Shown: positions 39,156 to 51,017 of the stretch, one piece after another
How positions within the stretch are numbered: the stretch's first letter is position 1
Layout of the letters: each line of letters begins with the position of its first letter
Assembly: GCA_039621445.1 (NCBI GenBank)
Contig: CP154954.1
Coordinates: 12,890,716-12,954,715 of the forward strand
Direction: 5' to 3'
Length of the DNA: 64,000 nucleotides
From: Euglena gracilis
Lineage: Eukaryota
Notes under the pieces: model-generated
The model's input: the letters and a program-made list of their open reading frames with translations, nothing else
Database searches by the model: none
Told to the model about the DNA's origin: nothing
Position numbers and translations under genes: made by a program

Positions 39156-40931
39156 CAAAAAGATTGTTTTGGGCAATTTTTTTTCGATTCTTTTCGACAT
39201 TTTGGACCCGGAGTTTTATTCGACTTTTTTGACCCGGAAATGACCCAAGGTGCTGGGAAGCTGGCGGGTCGAACAGCGTTCATTTACCCCTGGGAAAACA
39301 GCTTTTTGGCCAATAACATGGTTCTGGGCAAAAAAAGAATTTTTCCGCTCGCTGCTTTTTTTTAAGCCCCGAAATGGCCGAAAACGAAGGAAGCCTGCCA
39401 CGCTGTTTTGGGCCGTAAATTGTTCATATCTCGCGCTGGTGGGGATTTATGGGGAAGTCAAAATATCATTAGATAGAGCGTTCCAAGGGCTTCAATTTAG
39501 GTCTCCGGATATTTCCTTTGATTTTGCTTCATTTCCAAGATATTTTTGAAACCTCGATATTTCGGCCCCGAAAACAGCCCAAGATGGCCCCAGAAACAGG
39601 CAAAATTGGCCGGAAAATGGCTGTAATTTGGGCTGCACGAAGAGTTTGGGTTCAGTAAAACATTGTTGGATAGGGCATTCGAGGGCGTCATTTCTGGACT
39701 GTGGACATTTTCTTTTGTTTTTCTTGATGTATTTCGAAGGAAAATCGGTTTTTTTGACCGAAATTCGACCCCAAAAAAAAAACTCAGGCGGGACATCTCG
39801 CACTTGAGATTTTTTTCTTTGTTGATGTGCACAATTGCGCACATTGACATCTTTCAGACATCTTTTATGAAAATGACATGATATAACCCCTAAAAACCGA
39901 AAATGTGAACAAGATGTGATGGGGTGCCCCAAGACGCGGAGGTGAAAACAGGGATTTTAGTCGAGAGGATGCCCAGGAGCAGGCATCACTGTGCTCCCCA
40001 GGTGGAAATGGTCATTTTGTACTTTGCCTAGTTTTGTTCCATTAAAAAGTTCCAAGTATTGCAAAACGGGCAGTTTTGGCAGGTTTTGGGGGGGGGGGGT
40101 CAAATAAAAAAATTCCGGTGCTTCGAGCCGGTCACTTGTAACAAAACCACCACCAACCTGCAAGCGGACCCCCCTGGGCCCAAGCCAAATTTGGTTTCTG
40201 GTGGCTTGCAAAATGGCTAGCTAGTGGATCCAGCAGGGATAGATGGGAAGTCCTTCAGCTTTGAGTAGGTGGTGGGAGGGTCCAGACCTTCCTGGGGGTG
40301 ACGTGCCACCCCCCAGATGTTGGGAGGGAGTGGCCAGACCCCCACCCCCCATCCTTTGCTGGTTTCAAAAGTAGCGAAAAAATTTCCTCCGGTGCTGCGC
40401 CCAAAGACAGCCCAGCAAGACACGAGGGCCAGTTGGGGGAGATTGGGGGACCCGCACCTCGGACCTCCCAGGAGAGAGGGGTCCAGTTAGTAGCTTTTCC
40501 AGTGGCGATTTTGCAGACCGCCCGATTATTACAGTTCCTCATTTTTCATGACAAATCGTCCCATCATGCTGTTTTTTTTTTTGGTATTGGCGTTCGATTC
40601 GCCGCCCCTGGTCCTGAACCTTTGCAATCTGACCAAGTTTTACAATAATCATTTTTTGTTCCGTCCTAGTTAGTTTGTATGTTATAGTAAGACAATATTT
40701 TCCTTCCCACCTCATTCGTTGCACTGCAACCACTTTGACGATGCCGTGTCTTTGCCTGTGGTGACAGAAGGTGCTTTGTTTGCAGCTGTCTGTGCAGTGT
40801 CCACTGAACTGCACTGCAAGAGTGTGAAATTTGTTGTTTTTTTTGTTTTTTTTTTTGTTTGGCTCCCTTTTTACTTTTTTGGGCACTTTCCCCCCCCCCC
40901 CATGTGTTATGAACCCCTGTACAGGGTTCAT

Positions 40932-42084
40932 AACCTTCCAGTTTGTCAGCTTTCACAGCATAGAAAAAGCCCATACACCCGCGCTCAAAGAATTTACCTA
41001 ATTCGGACTCTCCAGATTTCAATTTGGTGTCTAATCAGCTTGGGGGGGGGGGAAATACATGAAATAAAAATTAACCTGCGTTTTATGGATTCCAGACCAT
41101 TTCACATTCCCTCATTGGAAAGTGGTCAACCAACGATGGTGGGTCATAAATTGTCACTGCGTGACAGGACAAGGTATCGGAATATTGGCACAGGGCTGGC
41201 CCCTTTCCAACCCATTTGGAACCATGCAACGTGCTGTAGCGTCCCCCAATGGCTGCATCATTCATCGAACATTATTATGCTCCTGCAACTTTGTATTTTG
41301 GTGGGATTTCAAGACCCTCAAGGGGGGGGCTTTACAGAATTTACAAGTTTCGGAGGGGAATTCAAGCTTATCTGGGTGACCTATGCAAGATTTGCTGTGT
41401 ATTCCTATTTTCCTCAATAATGTGCATTTTTCTGTCGGAAACGGACGTTCTCTGTTGAAATTCTTGTATCCACCCGAAATTTTTTCAACTTTCTTCTGGA
41501 GGACTCCATTGAGGGGCTTCGTGTTTTTTTGGGGTATTTTGGGGGTTTTGCAATATTTTTGTGTACGACTTCCTGAATTTCTGGGACAAAGAGGGGGTTG
41601 GCTTTCAGAATTTGAAAGTAGCAAGTTTGACTGATTCAGCCTGCGTCCATCAACCAATCGCCCCGCTGACACCTAATTGTACAGCTTCCCACGCTTTCCC
41701 CTGCTTCGAGCCCAGGCTTCTGCAGTTGCGCTGAAATGCTAAATTGGTGTAAGGAGAATGGGGGGCAAGCGCCTGGGGGTGGTGGGGAGCTCCCCTCACC
41801 GTGTTCAAAAATTACGACATGTGCGCAGAATCGGCACATTACCCACGCCGGGGGGGGGGGGCGCAAGCTCCGGGGTGAGTGGAATCCAGACCAAAGCTCG
41901 GTGTGCTTCGGAGAAAAGAACCGGAAGCCTTTTTTTCCGCAGAAGTCTCTCCCCATTCCTTTGGGAGTCCCTCCATGGAAGCCGTGCGGCAAGCTTGCCA
42001 CCATTGAGGTGTTGAAGTGGCGCAAGTCGAGCCCCGCTTCATCTTGCAGCCCCGAAGCTGGTTGTTGCTGGCCCAGGGTGAGGT
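40932..42084 (+). repeat. Recent ~1.15-kb direct duplication, first copy
   Basis: Nearly identical to 45909-47055, from aaccttccagtttgtcagc to ggcccagggtgaggt. Confidence 0.95.
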
Positions 42085-45000
42085 CCCCTGGGCCCAAGAA
42101 AACGTTTGGTGGTGCTTTGCCAATTATTTGGCACAATGCAATCACCCTCGCCTACGCACCCAATGACCAACCTACCTCTCTGCATTTGAGCTTCGAAATG
42201 GTAACCGATACCGCTGACGTTATTGTTTCCTTCGGGGGGCACACCTCTTGCAATCTGAAGTGTGCCACTGGCTGAATGACTCTCCTTCCCAGCCTGCCAT
42301 AGGGTGGACTCTGGCCTGAATCGCCCCTGACCGCCTTTAATTTTACCTCCCTGAACCATCAAATGTGCTGATGAGCTACCGCAGGTAGGAGGTTTCGCAG
42401 GCGAATTTCCGTGATTCCAGCAATGATTGCTTTGTTCTTGTTCCAATTATCGGGAAGTCGTTAGCTGAATATGAAACAAACATTTCCGCCTGGCCATGCA
42501 AAAGATAACTGCAAGCAAAAGAGCGATAAAAAAAAATCTCAGTAATTCAAACAGAGCCGCCATGGATGCCTTTCAAACCGACGGGGAAAATGAAAATGTG
42601 TGTGAGTATTAAGTGTTTTCTTGAGGAACCCAAAGTCCGGCTGCCAAGGTGCTGGCTGGACCCCCTTTTTTCAGCTAAAAAGGTAATAACACCCGCCCTC
42701 AAAACACCCGCTCTTCACCGACTTTTTTATATACCAAATTTCATTTATTTGCATCCAAAACAGATCCCCCAGCCCACCTTCGCCCTGGGACCTCTCCCCC
42801 CCTCTCCCACCCCCCCCCCCCCGTCACCCTCACTCTCCGCCTGTTTTTTGATTGCATTTGCATTTGGATCTTTTGTTTCCCACCTGAGTTGGTCTGAAAT
42901 GTATGCTTATCTTTCCTTCTCCTCCGTCCGCCATGGGGCCCACACAGTCAGACGCCCCCCAGTCTAGTGCGGTGCCCCGAGGCGCCGTCCCCTCACTCGC
43001 CACCGCACGTGTGCCGCATTCTGCCTCGGTCGCCTCCATTCCCAGGGTGGGATGGGCAGCTGGTTTGCCCAGGCGTGGGGATGCCATTTTCCAGAAAGGG
43101 ACCATGGAAGCTGAGGATGGGGGAGCACCGGAGCTCCCCCAGGTTTTCACCTCGCATTTTGCTTTTTGACACGAAGATCAGGCTGTATTGTCGGGTGACG
43201 ACCCCACCCGGGGGGGCTGCCTGTCTGGGCACTCCAAGGCACCCCAAATCTGACCTGAGTTTTGAAGGCTTTTCCAAAGTTTCCAATGCCCCCCACCGGG
43301 ATCTGTGAAAACTGTCGGGGCGCCAGCAAAACTTTGTTGTGTTTTCATTTTTTTAAATAAAAATGTTTAAGCCGTTCGCTTTTGGCGTCCCATGCTTTGC
43401 TGGCGCTGCCGGCCCACCCTGGCGGTCTCTTCCTCCCGCCGTTGTGCCTCTGCCACTTGGCCGGGACGCTCCCCCCTCCGGTCTGCACCGCCAGCAAGCT
43501 CCTACAGTAAAAATGGCCGAAAATGAAAAAAAAGTTTCTTTGGTGGATTCTGGTTGAAGTTGATCTACTCTCAGAAAAAAGAAGCCTATTCCCAAAACCT
43601 TGCATTTGCATATTGTAACAAAAACTCTTTGAATATTTTTAATTTCTTGGATGTGTTTACATGAATGATCAAATGCATTGTTGGCATGCAGGGATTTAAA
43701 GGTAACTTTACCCCCACCTATAGGAAAAAATCGCCGAAAATGGCCGAAAATGGCAAAATTCTGGGGTCAACTGTAGGTGCTTGACCTGACTGCACCTCCA
43801 GCGTGCCGGGCCTTCCACGCGCGCTCAGCCACCGCGAGGTGCTGACTCTCAGGTGGCAAAAGGACCTTTCCTCCCCTGTGGAAAGCCACGCAGGACAAAC
43901 AACAAGAAGTGGGTGGTTGGTGTGTGCAATTGCACACGTCAACCATTCAAATGTTCAGAAATGTTGATTGTTCCACAATTTCAGGACTGAAGAACTGCAA
44001 TTTTATATTCAGTTCTTCAGGATGAAACCTGGAAATGTTGTGTATTTGTTGTTCCAGGGGCTAAGAAATGGTTTTTCACAGCTTCGATTGCCGTTGTTCA
44101 AATTTAGGCGTGCAGGCTGGTCCTTTATATGTATTTAAATTCTGCAAATACCTCTGAATATTCATATATTTGTAACAATCACATAACCATTTGTACAATG
44201 TACAAACTCATCATTTTTGGCTGGCGCATCCACTGTTCACAATTGCACAAACGGTTGGTGTGCATATTTGCGTTCACCAAATCGTTCAGTCAATATCCCA
44301 GGTTAATGAGACAACCATTGCAGGTTTATAAACACACCTGCTGGATGTTGGTGTACGTTTTGACTAAAAATATAGGAAAACGCGATTTTTTGGGCCTTTT
44401 TCAAGTCCCAAAATTTTCCCGCACATTTTTTCCCCCAGGAGCATTTTTTCCCCCAGGAGAGAATCCAACCTCCCCCCTCTGGAGGTGTCCAAACCACCCT
44501 GCCTACTAATTTCATAACCTGGTCGAACCCCCCCCCTGGTCAGAAACAAAAATAAATGTTTCTGCGATTGCCTCCCTGGTCACAGACGAACATTCATGGT
44601 CGTTGAACAGGAGGGATGGGAAGTTGTTGCGGGTTGAGAAAACGTCGAGATCTGGACGATGATGAACAATGCAACCAATTCCTAATGATCACGCTTCTTC
44701 ATGAGTTTTCACAGTTCAACCCTGGGGGGGGGGGACTGCAGCTAGTCCAAATTTCCCTTGAGGGCGGTCCGCAGGTTGGTGGTGGTTTTTTGATACAAAA
44801 CTGAAGAAAATTTTTATTTGACCCCCCAAAATCAAAATTTGCCAAAAATGACCGTTTTGCAATTTTTGGAATATTTCTTGAAAGAAACCAGCCAAGAAAC
44901 GAACTCACCAAAAACCCATTTCCATTGTGTGTGTGTGTGTGTGTATGTGCGCACGTGTTTATGGTTGTGTGCAAATTGTCCCATCATGCTGGCTTTTCGT

Positions 45001-45908
45001 ATTGGCATTCGATTTCACTCCACTGGTCCTGGACTTTTGCACCTGCAATCTGACCCAGGTTGTCAGAAATCATTTTGTTCCACCCTACTTGTTATATGTG
45101 TTATAGAAGGAGAACGCTTCCTTCCTTCGTACCTCATTCGTTGCACTGCAGCCACTTTCACCGTGCCATGCCTTTGCCTGTGGTCACGGAGGGTGCGTTG
45201 TTTGTGGGTTTCTGTGCAGTGTCAACTGAACTGCACTCCAACCCTCTCCGCTGGTGAGAGTGTGTTCAAAACCTGGCTTTTGCTTTTGTCGTTTGTTTGA
45301 CTGTTGTTGTTTTGTTTGACCCTCTGTTTGTGTGTTGCTTACCCCCCCCCATGTGTAATGAACCCCCTTGCCCAATGAACAGGGTGTCCGAACCTTCCAG
45401 GTTCAGGTATGTGCCGTCACTGCTTTGACGGGGCAACGTATCGGAAGATTTGGCACAATGCTGCTTTCGGCATGGCCCCATTCCAACCCGTCATGGAACC
45501 ATGCAACCTGCTGAAGAGTCCCCCACTGTCTGAATCTTTTGTTGAACACTTGTTGCATTTTTCTCCACATCAAAATGCATTACACGTCGTGTTTTAAGTT
45601 TCTGTCCCCCAAACATCCACTCCTATCGACAGAAGTGCTTCTTTTGCATTTCCAACTCAGGCAAATTATTTTTGATGTGAAGTGAAGTGGGATCGGCTTC
45701 CCCCTCAGGTCTCCCAATCTCCCCTCGGGTTTCCAGTCCCCCCCACACTGTCTGTGGAAACTGACGGGGCGACAGCAAATTTTGTGGTGTTTGGAAATGA
45801 AATGTTGAAGTTTTCAAGTCCCAAAATTTTTCCCGCACATTTTTTCCCCTAGGTGCATTTTTGCCCCCAGGAGAGAATCCAACCTCCCCCCTGAACAGGG
45901 GGGGTCCG

Positions 45909-47055
45909 AACCTTCCAGTTTGTCAGCTTTCATAGCATAGAAAAAGCCCATACACCCGCGCTCAAAGAATTTACCCAATTCGGACTCTCCAGATTTCATT
46001 TTGGTGTCTAATCAGGTTGGGGGGGAAATACATGAAATAAAAATTAACCTGCATTTTATGGATTCCAGACCATTTCACATTCCCTCATTGGAAAGTGGTC
46101 AACCAACGATGGTGGGTCATAAATTGTCACTGCGTGGCAGGACAAGGTATCGGAATATTGGCACAAGGCTGGCCCCTTTCCAACCCATTTTGAACCATGC
46201 AACGTGCTGTAGCGTCCCCCAATGGCTGCATCATTCATCGAACATTATTATGCTCCTGCAACTTTGTATTTTGGTGGGATTTCAAGACCCTCAAGAGGGG
46301 GGCTTTACAGAATTTACATGTTTCGGGGGGGAAGTCAAAGTTATCTGGGTGACAAATGCAAGATTTGCTGTGTATTCTTATTTTCCTCAATAATGTGCAT
46401 TTTTCTGTCGGAAACGGACGTTCTCTGATGAAAATTGTGTATCCACCCGAAATTTTTTCAACTTTCTTCTGGAGGACTCCATTGAGGGGCTTCGTGTTCT
46501 TTGGGGTATTTTGGGGGTTTTGCAATATTTTTGTGTACAATTTCCTGAGTTTCTGGGACAAAGAGGGGGTTGGCTTTCAGAATTTGAAAGTAGCAAGTTT
46601 GACTGATTCAGCCTGCGTCCATCAACCAATCGCCCCGCTGACACCTAATTGTACAGCTTCCCACGCTATCCCCTGCTTCGAGCCCAGGCTTCTGCAGTTG
46701 CGCTGAAATGCTAAATTGGTGTAAGGAGAATGGGGGGCAAGCGCCTGGGGGTGGTGGGGAGCTCCCCTCACCATGTTCAAAAATTACGACATGTGCGCAG
46801 AATCGGCACATTACCCACGCCGGGGGGGGGGGGGCGCAAGCGCCGGGGTGAGTGGAATCCAGACCAAAGCGGTGTGCTTCGGAGAAAAGAACCGGAAGCC
46901 TTTTTTTCCGCAGAAGTCTCTCCCCATTCCTGTTGGAGTCGCTCCATGGAAGCCGTGCGGCAAGCTTGCCACCATTGAGGTGTTGAAGTGGCGCAAGTCG
47001 AGCCCCGCTTCATCTTGCAGCCCCGAAGCTGGTTGTTGCTGGCCCAGGGTGAGGT
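45909..47055 (+). repeat. Recent ~1.15-kb direct duplication, second copy
   Basis: Nearly identical to 40932-42084. Confidence 0.95.
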
Positions 47056-47245
47056 AATGCGGACTGCCCTTCACCTTAGGTCTCGGTGTTTGAAGACAGA
47101 ACTTTTTTGCAAGACGAATTGGGTCCCAGAAAATCCTCATTTTTGGTTACCTGGAGCCTCCAGGGAGGCTTCAGGGAGGCTGGTTACCTGAGCCTTCCTG
47201 GAGCCTCCCTGGAGCCTCCCTCTGGGGAGCCTCCCTGGAGGCTGG

Positions 47246-47479
47246 TATATATATACATATATACATATATATATACATATATATACATATATATGTACAT
47301 ATATATGTATATATATATATATAAAAATATATGTAGATATATACATATACATATATATACATATACATATATATACATTCCTATATATATATATATTATA
47401 TATAATATATATTATATACACACATATATATGTATATGTATATATATGTGTATATATACATATACATATACATATATAC

Positions 47480-47523
<44 letters not shown>
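47246..47523 (+). repeat. (TA)n/(TACATA)n then (GT)n microsatellite
   Basis: Direct reading. Confidence 0.97.
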
Positions 47524-47528
<5 letters not shown>

Positions 47529-48062
47529 ATTTACGCCATGACCGCCAATGGCAGAATTGGTTGAAACATTTATCCATTAGCCACAACGACGCCATGTCCG
47601 CCTGATTTTGCTTTTACCGTTTACCCGTTTGCTATTTACGCTTTGTCCGCCAAATTTTGACCACACAAAAGGATGTTGTTATTGGGGAGCAGGGGAGGGG
47701 GGAGTGGGGTAGGGGAGAGAGGGGAAGGGGGGGTGGGGGGGGGCATGGGGGGAGTACGCGGGGGAGGGTGGGAGGGGGAGTAAGACGGGAAAAAGAAACA
47801 AACTGGACAGACACCAAAATACTGTTCCTACACCCCCGCGCCCCGGCCCCCCTCCCCCCGGGCACAGTGTTTACGTTGGTCGTCACCACCCGCCGTTGGA
47901 CGGCCACGGGGCAGCTCATACTGCTTGCCGTGGCACGCCCTCAGGCGGGGAACTACACCCAAGGTCCGGCCAACCAGTGTCTCGTCCTTGGGCGCAGTTA
48001 CACGCGCCAGTCGATCCCCGCGGTATGCCCTCTGCCCGTACGGGATCGACCAGGACTCACAC

Positions 48063-48135
48063 GGCGGGACCTGGGTCTCGAACCCACGACCTCCCGTGTG
48101 TGAGCCCAGCACCTTACCGAATAAGCTACTCGAGC
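48063..48135 (-). ncRNA. tRNA-derived module inside LTR (not a functional tRNA)
   Basis: GCTCGAG-TA-GCTTATTCGGTAAGGT-G-CTGGG-CTCACAC-ACGGG-AGGTC-GTGGG-TTCGAGA-CCCAG-GTCCCGC. A box TAGCTTATTCGG and B box GGTTCGAGACC are at tRNA spacing. D and T arms pair; acceptor and anticodon stems do not. Confidence 0.8.
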
Positions 48136-48200
48136 GATACTCGGCTTGGTACTACGCGCCGGCTACCAACCTCCGTAGGATCTCCCGTCTGCCGCACACA

Positions 48201-48210
48201 CTCCCCTCCC
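48201..48210 (-). promoter_or_regulatory. Polypurine tract GGGAGGGGAG (also 48892-48901)
   Basis: Plus strand ctcccctccc directly abuts the LTR end. Confidence 0.9.
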
Positions 48211-48753
48211 AAGAGCCTTACTACATTAGCCCACTGCGTCACTATGGCCGTGGCCCCTGCAGCTCGGGTTATGCCTCACACGGCCCTAGTTGGCTGAGTG
48301 CTTCTCACGAGTACTGCGTCACCAGGCTGCCGACCCCTGCAGCTCGGGTTTGCTATTGCCGGCAGTTTACGTATTGTCGATTTCCACGGGCTCTGCCGCC
48401 TTGGAGCGTCCCCCTTTTGCATCGGCTTGAGACTTTGGAACGGTGTAGGAGTTTCAGTCGCCCTAGACTCGGCGCGTCCGCCTCCGCCTTCCGGGCGCCG
48501 TGGGGTCAGGCTCTGATTTCCCGGTTCGTGTGGCATTAGACGGGTTCCTCTGCTACCATGTTTACGTTGGTCGTCACCACCCGCCGTTGGACGGCCACGG
48601 GGCAGCTCATACTGCTTGCCGTGGCACGCCCTCAGGCGGGGAACTACACCCAAGGTCCGGCCAACCAGTGTCTCGTCCTTGGGCGCAGTTACACGCGCCA
48701 GTCGATCCCCGCGGTATGCCCTCTGCCCGTACGGGATCGACCAGGACTCACAC

Positions 48754-48826
48754 GGCGGGACCTGGGTCTCGAACCCACGACCTCCCGTGTGTGAGCCCAG
48801 CACCTTACCGAATAAGCTACTCGAGC
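48754..48826 (-). ncRNA. tRNA-derived module inside middle LTR
   Basis: Same sequence as 48063-48135. Confidence 0.8.
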
Positions 48827-49236
48827 GATACTCGGCTTGGTACTACGCGCCGGCTACCAACCTCCGTAGGATCTCCCGTCTGCCGCACACACTCCCCTCC
48901 CAAGAGCCTTACTACATTAGCCCACTGCGTCACTATGGCCGTGGCCCCTGCAGCTCGGGTTATGCCTCACACGGCCCTAGTTGGCTGAGTGCTTCTCACG
49001 AGTACTGCGTCACCAGGCTGCCGACCCCTGCAGCTCGGGTTTGCTATTGCCGGCAGTTTACGTATTGTCGATTTCCACGGGCTCTGCCGCCTTGGAGCGT
49101 CCCCCTTTTGCATCGGCTTGAGACTTTGGAACGGTGTAGGAGTTTCAGTCGCCCTAGACTCGGCGCGTCCGCCTCCGCCTTCCGGGCGCCGTGGGGTCAG
49201 GCTCTGATTTCCCGGTTCGTGTGGCATTAGACGGGT

Positions 49237-49249
49237 TCCTCTGCTACCA
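49237..49249 (-). promoter_or_regulatory. Primer-binding site TGGTAGCAGAGGA, initiator tRNA-Met (also 48546-48558)
   Basis: Plus strand tcctctgctacca equals the 3' end, including CCA, of eukaryotic (e.g. vertebrate) initiator tRNA-Met. Directly follows the LTR CA. Confidence 0.92.
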
Positions 49250-49444
49250 TGTTTACGTTGGTCGTCACCACCCGCCGTTGGACGGCCACGGGGCAGCTCA
49301 TACTGCTTGCCGTGGCACGCCCTCAGGCGGGGAACTACACCCAAGGTCCGGCCAACCAGTGTCTCGTCCTTGGGCGCAGTTACACGCGCCAGTCGATCCC
49401 CGCGGTATGCCCTCTGCCCGTACGGGATCGACCAGGACTCACAC

Positions 49445-49517
49445 GGCGGGACCTGGGTCTCGAACCCACGACCTCCCGCGTGTGAGCCCAGCACCTTACC
49501 GAATAAGCTACTCGAGC
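49445..49517 (-). ncRNA. tRNA-derived module inside 5' LTR
   Basis: As above, with CTCACACGCGGGAGGTC at the one variant site. Confidence 0.8.
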
Positions 49518-50008
49518 GATACTCGGCTTGGTACTACGCGCCGGCTACCAACCTCCGTAGGATCTCCCGTCTGCCGCACACACACAGCCAAATGAACACC
49601 ATTTTGGATTTCAAGTGACCCTTTTTTTGCACGGCAAATAATTTAGGTACAATTCTGGCCGAATAAATTCATTTTCGGTTTTGATTAAGCTCTACGTTGC
49701 CTCCCAGCCTCCCATTACACCCATCTTGGCTTTTTTGGGAAAATGTTTTGTACTTTTTTTGCTAATTTGGGCTATTTTGCATTGATTTGGGCAAATATTG
49801 GGCTAATTTGGGTCAATATGAACACCGTTATGGCATTTTTGGTCATTTTGTGCCATTTTGATGATTTTGGGGATTTTTGTGGATTTTTGTGAAAATTTTT
49901 GTGGATATTGTTGGCATTTTGGGCTATTTAAGGTTATTTGAAGCTATTTTAGGTCATTTGGTTGCTCTTTGGGGCTTCTGTGGTCATTTTGGCTCGGTTG
50001 TGAGCCAA

Positions 50009-50640
50009 TGGATGCAGGCATCAGGCAAGATGCAGATATGGATGGACAAGGTGCAGATGCCGGACAAGATGCAGACGCTGGACAAGATGCAGTGGATGCA
50101 GATGCTGGACAAGATGCAGACGCTGGACAAGATGCAGACGCTGGACAAGATGCAGTGGTTGCAGATGCTGGACAAGATGCAGACGCTGGACAAGATGCAG
50201 ATGCTGGACAAGATGCAGACATTGGACAAGATGCAGACGTTGGACAAGATGCAGATGCTGGACAAGCTGCAGATGCTGGACAAAATGTAGACGCTGTACA
50301 AGATGCAGATGCTGGACAAGATGCAGTGGCTGGAGATGATGAACAGGATGCAAATTCCAGACAAGATGCAGTGGATGCATGGACGAGATGCAGATGTTGG
50401 ACAAGATGTAGATGCTGGACAAATTGTAGATGTTGGACAAAAGAGGACAATATTGGACAACATGCAATGGTTGTAGATATTGGACAAGATGCAATGATGC
50501 AGGTACTGGACAAGGTGTAGATACTGGACAAGGTGCAGAGACCACACAACATGCAAATACTGGACAAGACGTTGACACTTGACAAGATGCAGACGCCGGA
50601 CAAAATTCAAATGCTAGTCAAGATGCAGATGTTGTCCAGA
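50009..50640 (+). repeat. 18-bp minisatellite GATGCAGA(T/C)GCTGGACAA (reads DADAGQ)
   Basis: Regular core ~50060-50330, decaying on both sides. Confidence 0.9.
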
Positions 50641-50804
50641 TGTTTCACATCTCTTCTTCTTGTGCATAGATATGCCTGCATTATACCATTTATGCATGTC
50701 ACATCAACGGCGAGCAAGTGCTGATTAATGCATTTTGAGTCTAGAACACCACAGATTACATCACAACAAACGACCTGTCCCACTGTCGTCCTGTGCACAA
50801 CACC

Positions 50805-51017
50805 GGTTACCCGAACCTCCCTGGAGCCTCTATGGAGGCTCCCTGGAGGCTGGTTATCTGAGCCGCCCTGGAGCCTCCCGGAGGCTCCCTAAAAGGGAGC
50901 CTCCCTGGAGGCTGGTTATCTGAGCCTCCCTGGAGCCTCCCTGGAGCCTCCATGGAGCCTCCCTGGAGCCTCCCCGGAGCCTCCCTGGAGCCTCCCTGGA
51001 GCCTCCGGCAGGTAACC
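50805..51017. repeat. 11-bp CCTCCCTGGAG repeat element bounded by GGTTACC/GGTAACC; related copy ~47145-47245
   Basis: Direct reading of tandem units and short terminal inverted repeat. Confidence 0.75.

Larger units (their letters stand above)
47868..49582 (-). mobile_element. Tandem TRIM (non-autonomous miniature LTR retrotransposon), LTR-I-LTR-I-LTR
   Basis: Three 333-bp LTRs (47868-48200, 48559-48891, 49250-49582) with TGT...ACA ends, two 358-bp internal domains, period 691. 5-bp TSD CACAG (47863-47867, 49583-49587). PBS and PPT abut the LTRs. I found only one substitution among the LTRs (~49479). Confidence 0.95.

Noticed and set aside
42368-42395. CTGATGAG plus hairpin, hammerhead-like
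   Set aside because: No GAAA after the stem; not conserved in copy A (~7845).
47975-48066. Hammerhead ribozyme in the LTR (retrozyme-like): TGAGTCC...GGACGAGAC on the minus strand
   Set aside because: The core reads CGTGTGAG and GAGAC rather than CTGANGA and GAAA; several invariant positions fail.
48063-48135. Functional tRNA-Val(CAC) gene
   Set aside because: Acceptor stem has 3 mismatches and anticodon stem has 2.
47868-49582. SL-RNA/5S or snRNA gene array (similar unit size in euglenids)
   Set aside because: No 5S, spliced-leader or U6 sequence recognised; TSD, PBS, PPT and TG..CA ends explain it as an LTR element.
47828-49618. ORFs of 130-200 aa over the TRIM
   Set aside because: GC-rich, open on both strands, no gag/pol motifs.
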